Under the pieces are notes generated by a model. It was not told the origin of the DNA. It searched no databases and saw only the letters and a program-made list of their open reading frames with translations. Of a stretch of 64,000 bases of DNA, positions 9,751 to 18,417 are shown piece after piece. The stretch's first letter is position 1. Each line of letters starts with the position of its first letter. This stretch comes from Myxococcales bacterium (lineage in GTDB: Bacteria; Desulfobacterota; Binatia; UTPRO1; JBBIJE01): the NCBI GenBank assembly GCA_037446155.1, contig JBBIJE010000002.1:9171-73170 (forward strand), given 5' to 3'. The position numbers were made by a program, and so were the translations under genes.

Positions 9751-10410
9751 CTATGCCTCCAACTCGAAGTCGCGCCATTCCTTGGAGAAGCTCTTGACTC
9801 CGGCGCGCTCGCCGTTTCCGCCTTCCCAAACGGCAAACCCGATCTTGGTCGGCTTTCCCACTTCGAGTTTGACCGACTCATCCGGCGGGCCCCCTACCGC
9901 CAAGTTCCTCGCCAGCACCACCTGCCACTTCCCGTTCTCCCAGCGGGACTTGGCCTTTATGAAGCTCTCTTCGCTGTAGTTGGTGGTGCTGAGGCCTTCG
10001 GCCCAAACGTTCTTCGGCTGATCGGCGAAATCGGCGCGCCAGTACCAGGCATTGACCCGCTCCTCCTTGCGCCCCATCTCGTCTATCGGAGGCTCGTCCT
10101 TGATGGGGAACAAGACGCCGGCACCATCCGGAAATGTGTTGGTTTCCGTTACCTCGAGATTGCGCGCCTCGTCCGCCCATTCGAGCCTCAAGAACACCTG
10201 CCCTCCGTTGTGACAGCATTTGACCTCGAGCTCCCTCACCTTCCCGATCTTCTTTTCGTCACGCGAAGCTTTGATGTACTCGGAAGGCTGATTCGCAAGC
10301 GGCGTCGCCGCCATCTCGATCTTCTCCCCCGCCACGCCGCTCCACTGCCCCGAGGTCGGATCGAGCAATTCCTCCAAACTCGCGCTTACCTTCTTTGCCT
10401 TTATCGCCAT
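9751..10410 (-). CDS. Heme-b gamma subunit, ethylbenzene-dehydrogenase (EB_dh) domain family (EbdC/SerC/NxrC-like)
   Basis: Within ORF 9751-10455; start MAIKAKK at 10410 overlaps the anchor stop. RVNAWYWRAD (W-x-W) and the C-terminal WEGGNGERAGVKSFS...FEL are reminiscent of the EB_dh heme-b domain. About 219 aa, as for EbdC-type subunits. Confidence 0.7.
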   Translation of the reverse strand: MAIKAKKVSASLEELLDPTSGQWSGVAGEKIEMAATPLANQPSEYIKASRDEKKIGKVRELEVKCCHNGGQVFLRLEWADEARNLEVTETNTFPDGAGVLFPIKDEPPIDEMGRKEERVNAWYWRADFADQPKNVWAEGLSTTNYSEESFIKAKSRWENGKWQVVLARNLAVGGPPDESVKLEVGKPTKIGFAVWEGGNGERAGVKSFSKEWRDFELEA

Positions 10411-10964
10411 CTCTCTCCTCCTATCTCTCGACGCAGACCGCTCGGCGCGGCCCACGCACGATCTAACGCCGCCGTTTTACCTCTAGCCCCCTCCCCTTCG
10501 CGCGCAAAAATCCAGCGCAGCGCTTTCAGTGCCCGCTCGGTACCCACTACTAAGATGTGCAAGCCCAGCACCGCCGCAGCGGCATAGGTGAGCCACTCGT
10601 GGATCGAAAACATCCGATCCGCAAGCTGAATGGAAAAATGGTCCGGCTTCCAGATGACGAGGCCGCTTGCACCGAAGATCAGGGTGACCCAGTAAGTGTA
10701 ACGCACGTGGATGCCCCGCCACCACCCCGTGAAGCGCCACGGGGGCATCTTGGGCCAGCGCCGCGCCCCGGCGTACACCACGAGAGGCACCACGAGCGAG
10801 ACGATGCCAAACCAGAGGTGGATCTCCTTGATCGTAGCGGAATAGCCGCCGACGAAGCGCGCCCGAAGCTCGGGAAAAAGGAGGAGGAGGGCGGTCCCGA
10901 AGGTCACCGTGAAAAGAGCGGCGTGACTCGTGTGCAAAACGAAAAGATAACTCGGCTTTCTCAT
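10401..10964 (-). CDS. His-rich polytopic membrane protein, putative heme-b membrane anchor/quinol-interacting subunit
   Basis: Within ORF 10401-11015; start MRKPSY at 10964. About 5 hydrophobic helices with His in or near them (LHTSHAALF, EIHLWFG, GIHVRY, SIHEWL, GLHILVV). First gene after the 200-bp gap downstream of alpha2. Confidence 0.5.
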   Translation of the reverse strand: MRKPSYLFVLHTSHAALFTVTFGTALLLLFPELRARFVGGYSATIKEIHLWFGIVSLVVPLVVYAGARRWPKMPPWRFTGWWRGIHVRYTYWVTLIFGASGLVIWKPDHFSIQLADRMFSIHEWLTYAAAAVLGLHILVVGTERALKALRWIFAREGEGARGKTAALDRAWAAPSGLRREIGGERWR

Positions 10965-11164
10965 CGGCCGCTCTGATCGAACCCCAAATTTGCGAACGGC
11001 AAGCGCCCATTGCATCGGCCGCCCCGCTCCGTTTCGCCTTCCCGTCCCCTTCCATAATCGCGCGCGCTGCAGGCGGCGCGCAATCCCCCGATCGGGGTAG
11101 CCCGTACATGCTTTCGATGAGCAGGAGCGAACGTACGGTTACACTCTTCCATCGGCCGTCCGGG

Positions 11165-14100
11165 TCAGATCTTCTGCACGTCCACTGCAACGGCGCGGTC
11201 CGCTTGCTGGGGCTGCCAGTTCCATCTCCAATACTTAAGATGCCCGTAATCGCCGGCCAGGTGCAGCCACTTCACCATGCCCGGAATCGCCGCGTCGTAA
11301 GGTACCTGGCCCGGGAACTGGTAGGGCTCCCAGGCGTGGTAAATGATCAACTGCCCCGGCCGGGCGGAGGGGGCAAGCTTGACCGACACTTTGAAGGACG
11401 AAAAGTCGTTGAAGACCTTGACGACCTCTCCATCCTTTATCGCCTTCTTCTTGGCGTCCTCCGGATTCATGAACATGAAAGGCTGCCCCCGGTGCGTCAT
11501 GAGCAAAACCTTGTTCGTCACCCAGATCGAATGGATGCTCCAGCGCTGATGCCCGCTCGTCATCCGAAATGGATAGTTGCCCCCCATGGTCGGATTGGGC
11601 TTGTGTACGGGAAGCGCTTCGCCCGCTTCCAGGAACCAGTCGTGGTCTATGTAGAACTGCGCCCGCCTGGTGAGGGTCGGATACGGTATCTTCTTCTCCG
11701 TATGGAAGGTGAGGCAGGACACCGTCTCGTTCGGCTTTATGTCGCCCGCTACGTTCAAGCTCACGGGGTCGTATTTCCCGAGGCTCGTGAACCTGACGAA
11801 ACCATCTTTGCGGTATTTCGCCAGATTGGAGCCGGGGGGAAAGAGCCCTTCGCGCACGCTGTCCTCGGCGAAAAGCTCGAGCGCCTTTTCCATTTCATTT
11901 TCTTTTATCTGCTCGCCGTAGGTATAACGGGTGTAAATTCGATCGAAGCGGCGCGTCCTCCCCATGACCGCCCCCTGCCCTGGGAAGAGGGCGCGAACCA
12001 CTCGCTCCCCGATTTCGGTCTCGGCCAGCCGAGAAAGCAGCGCCCCCAAGGTTCCGCCCGCCATGCTGATCAGCGCCTTGGGAACCGGGCGGGTGCGTTT
12101 GTACTCCTCGAGCCCCTGCGCCTTGGCGCGCTCGCCTATCTTTTTCGCGAGGCGGCCGAAGATCTCGAACTCCGTGAGCGACTCGCCCAGCGGATCTACG
12201 GCCTTGTCGGTGAATGTGTTGAAGGTCACGTGCGGCGTGAAGAAGCGAAAATCCGGCCGCTCGTAGAACCAGGCGACCGGCAGGACGTAATCGGAGTAAA
12301 GTGCGGTCGTGCTCATGCGCGGATCCACGGTGACGATGAGCTTGAGCTTCGGCCAGAGGTTCTGGAGCAGTTGCTTGTACCCGCCTCTGGTTCTTCTCAA
12401 GGTGCTCCCCGCCAAGCCGAAGAGCACCTCCGGGGGCCGAGTGGGTTCCGGCAGCACGTACCCTTCCCACCAGCCCTTCTCCAGCGCCTCTTTGTAGTAG
12501 TCGTCGAAGGAGCGCTTCATGCTCGGATCCGACCACTCCTTCTTGTTCCACACCTCGCGGTAGCCGGCATGGTGGTACCAGTAGAAGACCGGCGGAACGG
12601 TCCCCACGAGCGAGCTCGTCAAGCGGTCCCGCTCGATGGCGACCATCTCGTCGGTCATGGTAGGATCCTGGGCGCGGATTTTCTCGTTGAGGTCGTCCAT
12701 CAGCTTCGCCAGGCGCTCGTATTCCTCGACGGTGGCGACATTTCGGCCGAAGGTGAACTCCTTGGGGTCCCCCGATTCGTTCCAACCGCGGTTGCCGGTC
12801 CCCTTCTTCCCCCAGTTTCCGGTAAGACCGAGCAGCAGAGCCATCGAGCGCTCCATCAAGTCGCCATGGTAGTATTTATTGGAGTTCCAGCCCATGAGAA
12901 CGTTCGTCCGCTTGCTCGCTACCTTCTTGGCGAGCAGGCGAATGATCTGGGGGGAGGTCCCGCAGAGTTGCGAGGCCTGCTCGGGCGTGTAAGCCTTGAG
13001 ATGCTCCTTGAGAAGAGCGAATACCGGCTCCACCGTCACTTCCTTGCCGTCTTGCAGCTTGACCTGGACCGTGCCCTCCAGGGCCGGATCCACCCCTTCG
13101 AGCTCGAGCGTCGCCCGTGGCGCCTGCACGATCTTGCCCGACTTGGCGTCGAGAAAATAAAACTGGTCGTTGCGCCCGCCGCTTTCGAGATCGCTTTGGC
13201 GCAAGAACTTCTTGGTGTCCCTCCTGACCAGAAGGGGCAGGTCGGTTTGCTCCTTCACGAAGGCGGCGTTGTGGAGATTCTCGGTTACGATGACGTTGCA
13301 CATGCCGAGCGCCAGGGCGGCGTCGCAGCCGAAATTCACCGGCACGTAGAGATCGGCATGGATGCTGGATGCGTTGTAATCGGGCGCGATGCTCACCACC
13401 TCGGCACCATGGTAGCGACCCTCGGTAATGTAGTGGGCACCGGGTATCCTCGTATAGACGGGATTCATGTGCCATATCAGCGTAAGCTCCGCGTGGAACC
13501 AGTCGTCCTGGGAGCTGCAATGCTGGAACTTCCCGTAGGTTATGTAATTGCCGACGTTGAAGTCCCCGATGAGAGCGTCCACGTCGAGGGTCGTCGCACC
13601 CAGCGTGGTGGCGAAGCGGCCGACGCTGAGGGCCTGGAAGATGCCGATGTTCCCCGGCCCCATCTCGAATACGATCGACTCGGGCCCCTTCTCCTTGATG
13701 GTCGAGATCATTTGATCGGCTATGTCCGTCAGCGCCTCGTCCCAGCTCACCCTCTTCCACTTGCCCTGGCCGCGCTCGCCCACGCGCTTTAGCGGGTAGA
13801 GCACGCGCTCGGCACCGTAGGTGACTTTGCTGAAGGAGGCTCCCTTCTGGCAGCCTCTGGGATTCATGTCGGGCACGCCCGGTTCTATCACCGGATAGCG
13901 GGCCTGCTGCTCCTCCCTCAGTATCAGCCCGTCACGCACATATACGTGCCAGGCGCAGTTGCCCGGGTAGCAATCGACGCAGTGCGTGCCCTTCGTGACC
14001 TTGTCCCAGCGCCACTTCTCCCGGTAGAGATCCTCCCAGGAGCGGTAGGTGTAGCCCTGCGGCCCTACCACCGCCTCTTCGGCCACGGATGCGCGCGGCC

Positions 14101-14179
14101 TTAGCGATGTAAGCGAGAGCGCGAGCATTGTGGTGCCTGTTACCTTGAGGAAATCCCGCCGCGTGAACAACACTCCCAT
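11165..14179 (-). CDS. Molybdopterin oxidoreductase catalytic subunit, paralog alpha2 (divergent), Tat-exported
   Basis: Tat motif TRRDFLKVTGTTMLALSL. YRSWEDLYREKWRWDKV then THCVDCYPGNCAW (H-C-x2-C-x4-C, about 13955-13984) differs from the H-x4-C-x3-C of alpha1 and alpha3. 1004 aa. Molybdopterin-oxidoreductase-like sequence throughout. Confidence 0.9.
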   Translation of the reverse strand: MGVLFTRRDFLKVTGTTMLALSLTSLRPRASVAEEAVVGPQGYTYRSWEDLYREKWRWDKVTKGTHCVDCYPGNCAWHVYVRDGLILREEQQARYPVIEPGVPDMNPRGCQKGASFSKVTYGAERVLYPLKRVGERGQGKWKRVSWDEALTDIADQMISTIKEKGPESIVFEMGPGNIGIFQALSVGRFATTLGATTLDVDALIGDFNVGNYITYGKFQHCSSQDDWFHAELTLIWHMNPVYTRIPGAHYITEGRYHGAEVVSIAPDYNASSIHADLYVPVNFGCDAALALGMCNVIVTENLHNAAFVKEQTDLPLLVRRDTKKFLRQSDLESGGRNDQFYFLDAKSGKIVQAPRATLELEGVDPALEGTVQVKLQDGKEVTVEPVFALLKEHLKAYTPEQASQLCGTSPQIIRLLAKKVASKRTNVLMGWNSNKYYHGDLMERSMALLLGLTGNWGKKGTGNRGWNESGDPKEFTFGRNVATVEEYERLAKLMDDLNEKIRAQDPTMTDEMVAIERDRLTSSLVGTVPPVFYWYHHAGYREVWNKKEWSDPSMKRSFDDYYKEALEKGWWEGYVLPEPTRPPEVLFGLAGSTLRRTRGGYKQLLQNLWPKLKLIVTVDPRMSTTALYSDYVLPVAWFYERPDFRFFTPHVTFNTFTDKAVDPLGESLTEFEIFGRLAKKIGERAKAQGLEEYKRTRPVPKALISMAGGTLGALLSRLAETEIGERVVRALFPGQGAVMGRTRRFDRIYTRYTYGEQIKENEMEKALELFAEDSVREGLFPPGSNLAKYRKDGFVRFTSLGKYDPVSLNVAGDIKPNETVSCLTFHTEKKIPYPTLTRRAQFYIDHDWFLEAGEALPVHKPNPTMGGNYPFRMTSGHQRWSIHSIWVTNKVLLMTHRGQPFMFMNPEDAKKKAIKDGEVVKVFNDFSSFKVSVKLAPSARPGQLIIYHAWEPYQFPGQVPYDAAIPGMVKWLHLAGDYGHLKYWRWNWQPQQADRAVAVDVQKI

Positions 14180-14198
14180 CGACTCTTACCTCCCTTGC

Positions 14199-17066
14199 CT
14201 AGGTCCTGATCCTCTCCACCTCGACCGCCGTCGCCCTGGGCGTGTGGCTCGGCTGCGCGAGGAAAGTACGGTAGTGGAGCTGGCCGTAGTCGCCGACCAG
14301 GTGGAGAGGCTTCCAGGGCGAAGCCACGACTTCTTGGTTACCCTGCCACTTCGGGAACTGATAGGGCTCCCAGGCGTGGTAAACGACAACCTGGCCCGGC
14401 TGCAGCGTGGGCGTTACCTTGGCCCTGGCGGAGAAGCTCCCCACGTCGTTGTAGATCCTGACCCTGTCATGGTCGGAGATACCGCGAGCCTTGGCGTCCG
14501 AAGAGCCGATGTAAATTACCGGCTCGCCCCGCTGAAGCTGCAGCATAAAACGCTGGTCGCGCCAGATGGCGTGTATGCTCCAGCGGGTGTGGCCTCCCGT
14601 CAGGCGAAGCGGGTAATCCCCCCCCGCCAGAGGGGGGGGCTTGTGCGTGGGAAGGGCCTCCCCGAGTTCCAGATACCAGTCGTGATCGATCAAAAACTGC
14701 TGTCTTCCGGTGAGAGTCGGCCAGGGCTGTTTCCCCTTCACGAACCACTGCGAAGGAGAGACCGGCTCGCCCTCGATAAGATCGCTGCAAACCGCGTCGA
14801 TGCCGCTGTAGCGCCCGGTGCTCTTGATCTTGATTACCCCGAGCTTTCGCGCCTCGCTCCAGTTCGTGCCCGCCGTAACGGGAGACTCCTCGAGGATATA
14901 CTCCATCGGCTTCGCGTCATCCCCCGGCGCCCACTCCCCTCCCTTGCTCCACTCCTCGTAGATGGCCGTGAGATCGTGGCGATTGCCGAAGACGTCGGTG
15001 ACCTCGCGGATTCCCGCCTTCTCGGCCTGCTCGGCGATTTTTCGCGCCAAGAGCCCCGAGACCTCCCACTCCCCTTTGGATTCGAACAGCGGATCGACCG
15101 CCCGATCCCCGATCACGACATAGGGCAGGTAGGTCTGAGTGAACTTGATGCCGATCTTCTCGTAATAGCCTGCGGCGGGCAAAATGATGTCCGAGTAAAG
15201 GCCGGTCGTGGACATCCGAAAGTTTATGCTCACCGCCAGGTCGAGCTTGGGCCAGAGAACTTCGCGCGCGACCTGCGGCGTCGGCCAGCGCCTAAGCGGG
15301 TTGAGCCCGCTGAAGATATAGAGCTTCGGAGATTTGCCGTTGCGCGGATAAAAGGGCATCCAGCCCTTTTCGTCCGCCTCTCTTGCGTATTCGGAAAATG
15401 GCCGCTTGAGCGCCGGATCGTTGAATTCGGGGCGGCTTACCACCTTGTCGAAGCCGCCATGGTGGTAGAGGCTATAGAGCACGGAGGTGTAGGCGTAGCG
15501 CTCCCTCACCAGGCGGGTAAAGAATCCCTCGAAGTCCCTAACCGTCGGCTTGGCCATGCCGATGAGAAAGCGATCGATGAGGCTCAAGTCGTAAGCGTTG
15601 GCCATCCGCTCGAATCCCTCGAGGCTCCACCACGCTCCGATCCTCAATCCCCCGCCCGGCTTTCCCTGGTTGCCAGTGAGCGCCACCAAAAGGATCATCG
15701 CGCGTTGCATGAGGTCGCTATGGTAATGCTTACATGAACCCCAGGAGGCGAAGATCATGGCGGAGCGCGCCTCGGCGAACTCGCGGCCGAGCTGCCGGAT
15801 GAGCTTTGCGTCGATCCCGGTCTGCCGACCAGCGAGCTCCGGCGTGAAATTGGCGTCAAGGTGCTCCCGCAGGACCTCGAAAACCGGCCGGACCTCGACC
15901 TTTCGGCCGTCGGCGAGCTCCACCGTGAAGCGGCCCTCGAGCGCGGGTTTTCGCGTGTAGAGTTTCAAATTGCCGCGCTTTAGGCCCTCGCTTCCCGGTG
16001 CTCGGGCGAGTTCGTTGTTGCTCGAGTCCCAGAAGTAGAAGACGTTTTCCGCGCCTTTCCTCTCCACATCCGACTCGCGCAAGAACTTCTTGGTGTCCTG
16101 GCGCACGAGAAGCGGCAAATCGGTTTGTTCGCAGACGTACTCGCGATCGTAGAGACCCTCGGCAATGATTACCTGTGCGGCCCCGAGGGCGAGCGCGGCG
16201 TCGCTTCCGACCCTGGGATTGAGCCACAGGTCGGCGTGGATGGCGGTGGCGTTGTAATCAGGTGCAACCACCACCAACTTGGCGCCGCGATAGCGTGCCT
16301 CGAGCATGTAGTGCATCTCCGGTATTCGCGTGTAAACCGGGTTGCCGAGCCAAACCACGATGTAATCGGACCTGAACCAATCGTCCGAAGTCCCGTCCAC
16401 GTTGAACATGCCCCAGGTTTGGATGGCGCCCATCGGCAGGTCGCCGACCCCAGCCCAGGAATCGAGGAAGGTCACCCCGAGCAGGCTAAAGAGCCGCTGC
16501 TCCCCTCCCGTGCTCGGGCCGAAATCCACGTTGGTCGTTCCGTGATCGTACCAGATGCACTCGGGTCCCTCCTTGGCCGCGACCTCCACGAGCTTGCGTG
16601 CGATCTCCTCCAGCGCCTCGTCCCACGATACCCGCTTCCATTTCGCGGAGCCTCGCGGCCCCAGCCGCTTGAGCGGGTACTTGATGCGACTCGGACTGTA
16701 CATGAGGTCGCTGTAGCAGGCGCCCTTTTGGCATCCTCGCGGGCCGAAGTCGGGAATTTGCGGGTTGGTCTGCGCGTAGCGTCCGGATTGCTCCTCCCGC
16801 CAGACGATCCCATCCTTGACGTAGAGGTCCCACGCGCACGCGGCGATGCAGTCGGTCCGCAGGTGGGTGCCTCGTACCACTTTGTCCCAGCGCCACTTCT
16901 CGCGGTAGAGGTCCTCCCAGGAAGCATAGTCGTAGCCGTCGACGATCCTCCCGCCGCTTGCGCTTTGCTCGGCGCGCGCCTCCCGGGACACCTCCAGGTA
17001 GTGCAGGCAGAGCGCAAGGCCGGCTGCCGCCCCCGCCGCTTTCAGAAACTCTCTTCGGCTCAGCAC
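14199..17066 (-). CDS. Molybdopterin oxidoreductase catalytic subunit, paralog alpha3, Tat-exported
   Basis: Tat motif SRREFLKAAGAAAGLAL. YASWEDLYREKWRWDKVVRGTHLRTDCIAACAW (H-x4-C-x3-C, about 16836-16865). 955 aa. Closest to alpha1. Sits 20 nt upstream of alpha2. Confidence 0.9.
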   Translation of the reverse strand: MLSRREFLKAAGAAAGLALCLHYLEVSREARAEQSASGGRIVDGYDYASWEDLYREKWRWDKVVRGTHLRTDCIAACAWDLYVKDGIVWREEQSGRYAQTNPQIPDFGPRGCQKGACYSDLMYSPSRIKYPLKRLGPRGSAKWKRVSWDEALEEIARKLVEVAAKEGPECIWYDHGTTNVDFGPSTGGEQRLFSLLGVTFLDSWAGVGDLPMGAIQTWGMFNVDGTSDDWFRSDYIVVWLGNPVYTRIPEMHYMLEARYRGAKLVVVAPDYNATAIHADLWLNPRVGSDAALALGAAQVIIAEGLYDREYVCEQTDLPLLVRQDTKKFLRESDVERKGAENVFYFWDSSNNELARAPGSEGLKRGNLKLYTRKPALEGRFTVELADGRKVEVRPVFEVLREHLDANFTPELAGRQTGIDAKLIRQLGREFAEARSAMIFASWGSCKHYHSDLMQRAMILLVALTGNQGKPGGGLRIGAWWSLEGFERMANAYDLSLIDRFLIGMAKPTVRDFEGFFTRLVRERYAYTSVLYSLYHHGGFDKVVSRPEFNDPALKRPFSEYAREADEKGWMPFYPRNGKSPKLYIFSGLNPLRRWPTPQVAREVLWPKLDLAVSINFRMSTTGLYSDIILPAAGYYEKIGIKFTQTYLPYVVIGDRAVDPLFESKGEWEVSGLLARKIAEQAEKAGIREVTDVFGNRHDLTAIYEEWSKGGEWAPGDDAKPMEYILEESPVTAGTNWSEARKLGVIKIKSTGRYSGIDAVCSDLIEGEPVSPSQWFVKGKQPWPTLTGRQQFLIDHDWYLELGEALPTHKPPPLAGGDYPLRLTGGHTRWSIHAIWRDQRFMLQLQRGEPVIYIGSSDAKARGISDHDRVRIYNDVGSFSARAKVTPTLQPGQVVVYHAWEPYQFPKWQGNQEVVASPWKPLHLVGDYGQLHYRTFLAQPSHTPRATAVEVERIRT

Positions 17067-17731
17067 GCCTCCGAGACCTCCTGCCTCCCGGGAATCAAAG
17101 CGGCTTGGAAGAACCGCAAGGTTTCTTGCTTGATCCGCGCCACGCCCTGTGGCCCGAATGCATCGGAAAGCCAGGCCGGGGCCAGCATGGGCGCCGAAAT
17201 GAACGAGAAAATCACGATACCCATCACGGCGATGATGAGAAACATCGGGTCCCCACGCCTGAAAACCCTGGCGTCTTGCCCTTGAGAGATGAAATCTGTG
17301 ATGGCCTCGATTATGGGCCTGGCATGCTCTGCGAGCGTGCGTCCCAGCTCTTCTTCCTGATCCAGCGCCGCCCGCACGAGCATGTGAGCCCTTCCCGGGT
17401 GCGTCGCGACGGATTCTATGTAGGTCTCGATAAGCTTGAGAAGCCGCTCCTCGAAGGAGAGGCTCCCGGAAATCGCGCCGCGAATCTTATCCTCGAGTTC
17501 CCGGGTGGCGCGGTCGGTTACCTCTTCGTATATGCTCTGCTTGTTCTTGAAGTGGTGAAAGAGCGAGGCCTTGCGGATCCCCACTTTCGCGGCCAGTTTC
17601 TGAAGGCTGGTCCCATGGTAGCCGTGCGCTGCGAACATTTCCTCGGCGGTCTTGAGGATCGCTTCGCGGGTATCGGCGCGGCCTCTGCGTCTTGGCCGTT
17701 TTACCGGCCTGCTTTCGTCGACGTTAAGCAT
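17060..17731 (-). CDS. TetR/AcrR-family transcriptional regulator
   Basis: N-terminal HTH TREAILKTAEEMFAAHGYHGTSLQKLAAKVGIRKASLFHHFKNKQ. Start MLNVDES at 17731 (ORF extends to 17782). Its stop overlaps the alpha3 start by about 7 nt. Confidence 0.85.
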   Translation of the reverse strand: MLNVDESRPVKRPRRRGRADTREAILKTAEEMFAAHGYHGTSLQKLAAKVGIRKASLFHHFKNKQSIYEEVTDRATRELEDKIRGAISGSLSFEERLLKLIETYIESVATHPGRAHMLVRAALDQEEELGRTLAEHARPIIEAITDFISQGQDARVFRRGDPMFLIIAVMGIVIFSFISAPMLAPAWLSDAFGPQGVARIKQETLRFFQAALIPGRQEVSEAC

Positions 17732-17982
17732 GCTAACCTTCCTACCGGTCGGGAGGGTAGATTGTAAAGGGCGACGCGTCATCCAAGAATGTGATTTTTG
17801 TCAGTTTTTTCGACGGGCCTCTCCGCGCAAGAAAAACGGCGGCGGCGGACCGAGCCGACTATCGAGCCCAGCCAGACTGCCCCCCCGTCGGGCCAGCGAA
17901 GAGGCGAAGCGCCAGCCAGGGCTGGTCCGCGGAGCGCCGTCCCCTGGTGCCGCCCAGGCCCGCCTGCTAAGTACCCAAACCC

Positions 17983-18417
17983 ATGGAAGAGCGCCAACCA
18001 CCGCAACCGAGGGGCTCTCGCCTACGCGACCTTCTTTTCCCCGATCCGCCTCGAAGCCTTCCGGCCTCGCGGGGGATCAGAATCGCGTTCCGCACGGCGC
18101 ACATCGCAAGCTTTGGCATCGTGTTGGGTGGGCACTTCTTCGACATCGAGCCGGCCCGTTTGCTCTGGCCCCTTTACGCCAGCGTGGCCACGGGTGCGGG
18201 GCTCATCGCCGTGGAGCTCCACAAGAGCTGCCGGTGGGTCTATCAGGGAATGGGTGTGATGACGCTACTCAAGTGCGCTCTTTTGCTGACAATACCATGG
18301 GCTTGGAGCTGGCGCGTGCCGATCCTTCTCGGCGTGTTGGTGCTAGGGTCCGTCGGCTCGCACATGCCGAGCCGGTTTCGCTACTACTCCCTCATCCACC
18401 GCCGCCCCCTGGAGTAG
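17983..18417 (+). CDS. Hypothetical small membrane protein (uncertain)
   Basis: Hydrophobic segments (IASFGIVLGGHFF, LIAVELH, VPILLGVLVLGSV). Divergent from the TetR gene. Its 3' end overlaps the convergent tatA by 26 nt, which lowers confidence. Confidence 0.3.
   Translation: MEERQPPQPRGSRLRDLLFPDPPRSLPASRGIRIAFRTAHIASFGIVLGGHFFDIEPARLLWPLYASVATGAGLIAVELHKSCRWVYQGMGVMTLLKCALLLTIPWAWSWRVPILLGVLVLGSVGSHMPSRFRYYSLIHRRPLE

Noticed and set aside
11020-11060. Short GC hairpin-like sequence (GCGCGCGC-TGCAG-GCGGCGCGC) after alpha2, as a possible terminator
   Set aside because: The stem is imperfect (about 6 bp) and no U-tract follows. This is not enough to call a terminator.
11108-13792. 894-aa + strand ORF, plus 14130-15737 (535 aa) and 16125-17285 (386 aa)
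   Set aside because: All are antisense to the alpha2 and alpha3 genes. Low-complexity R/G/P/L-rich translations with no domains.
153-17066. Calling the Mo enzyme a nitrate reductase (NarGHJI) or canonical nitrite oxidoreductase
   Set aside because: I do not adopt this as the call, though I do not fully exclude it. The alpha subunits carry Tat signals (periplasmic), which NarG lacks. By my recollection their lengths (955-1004 aa) and the beta length (372 aa) are much shorter than NarG/NxrA (about 1150-1250 aa) and NarH/NxrB (about 430-510 aa). The gamma is an EB_dh soluble heme protein, not a NarI. Periplasmic NXR remains possible only if the phylogeny says so.
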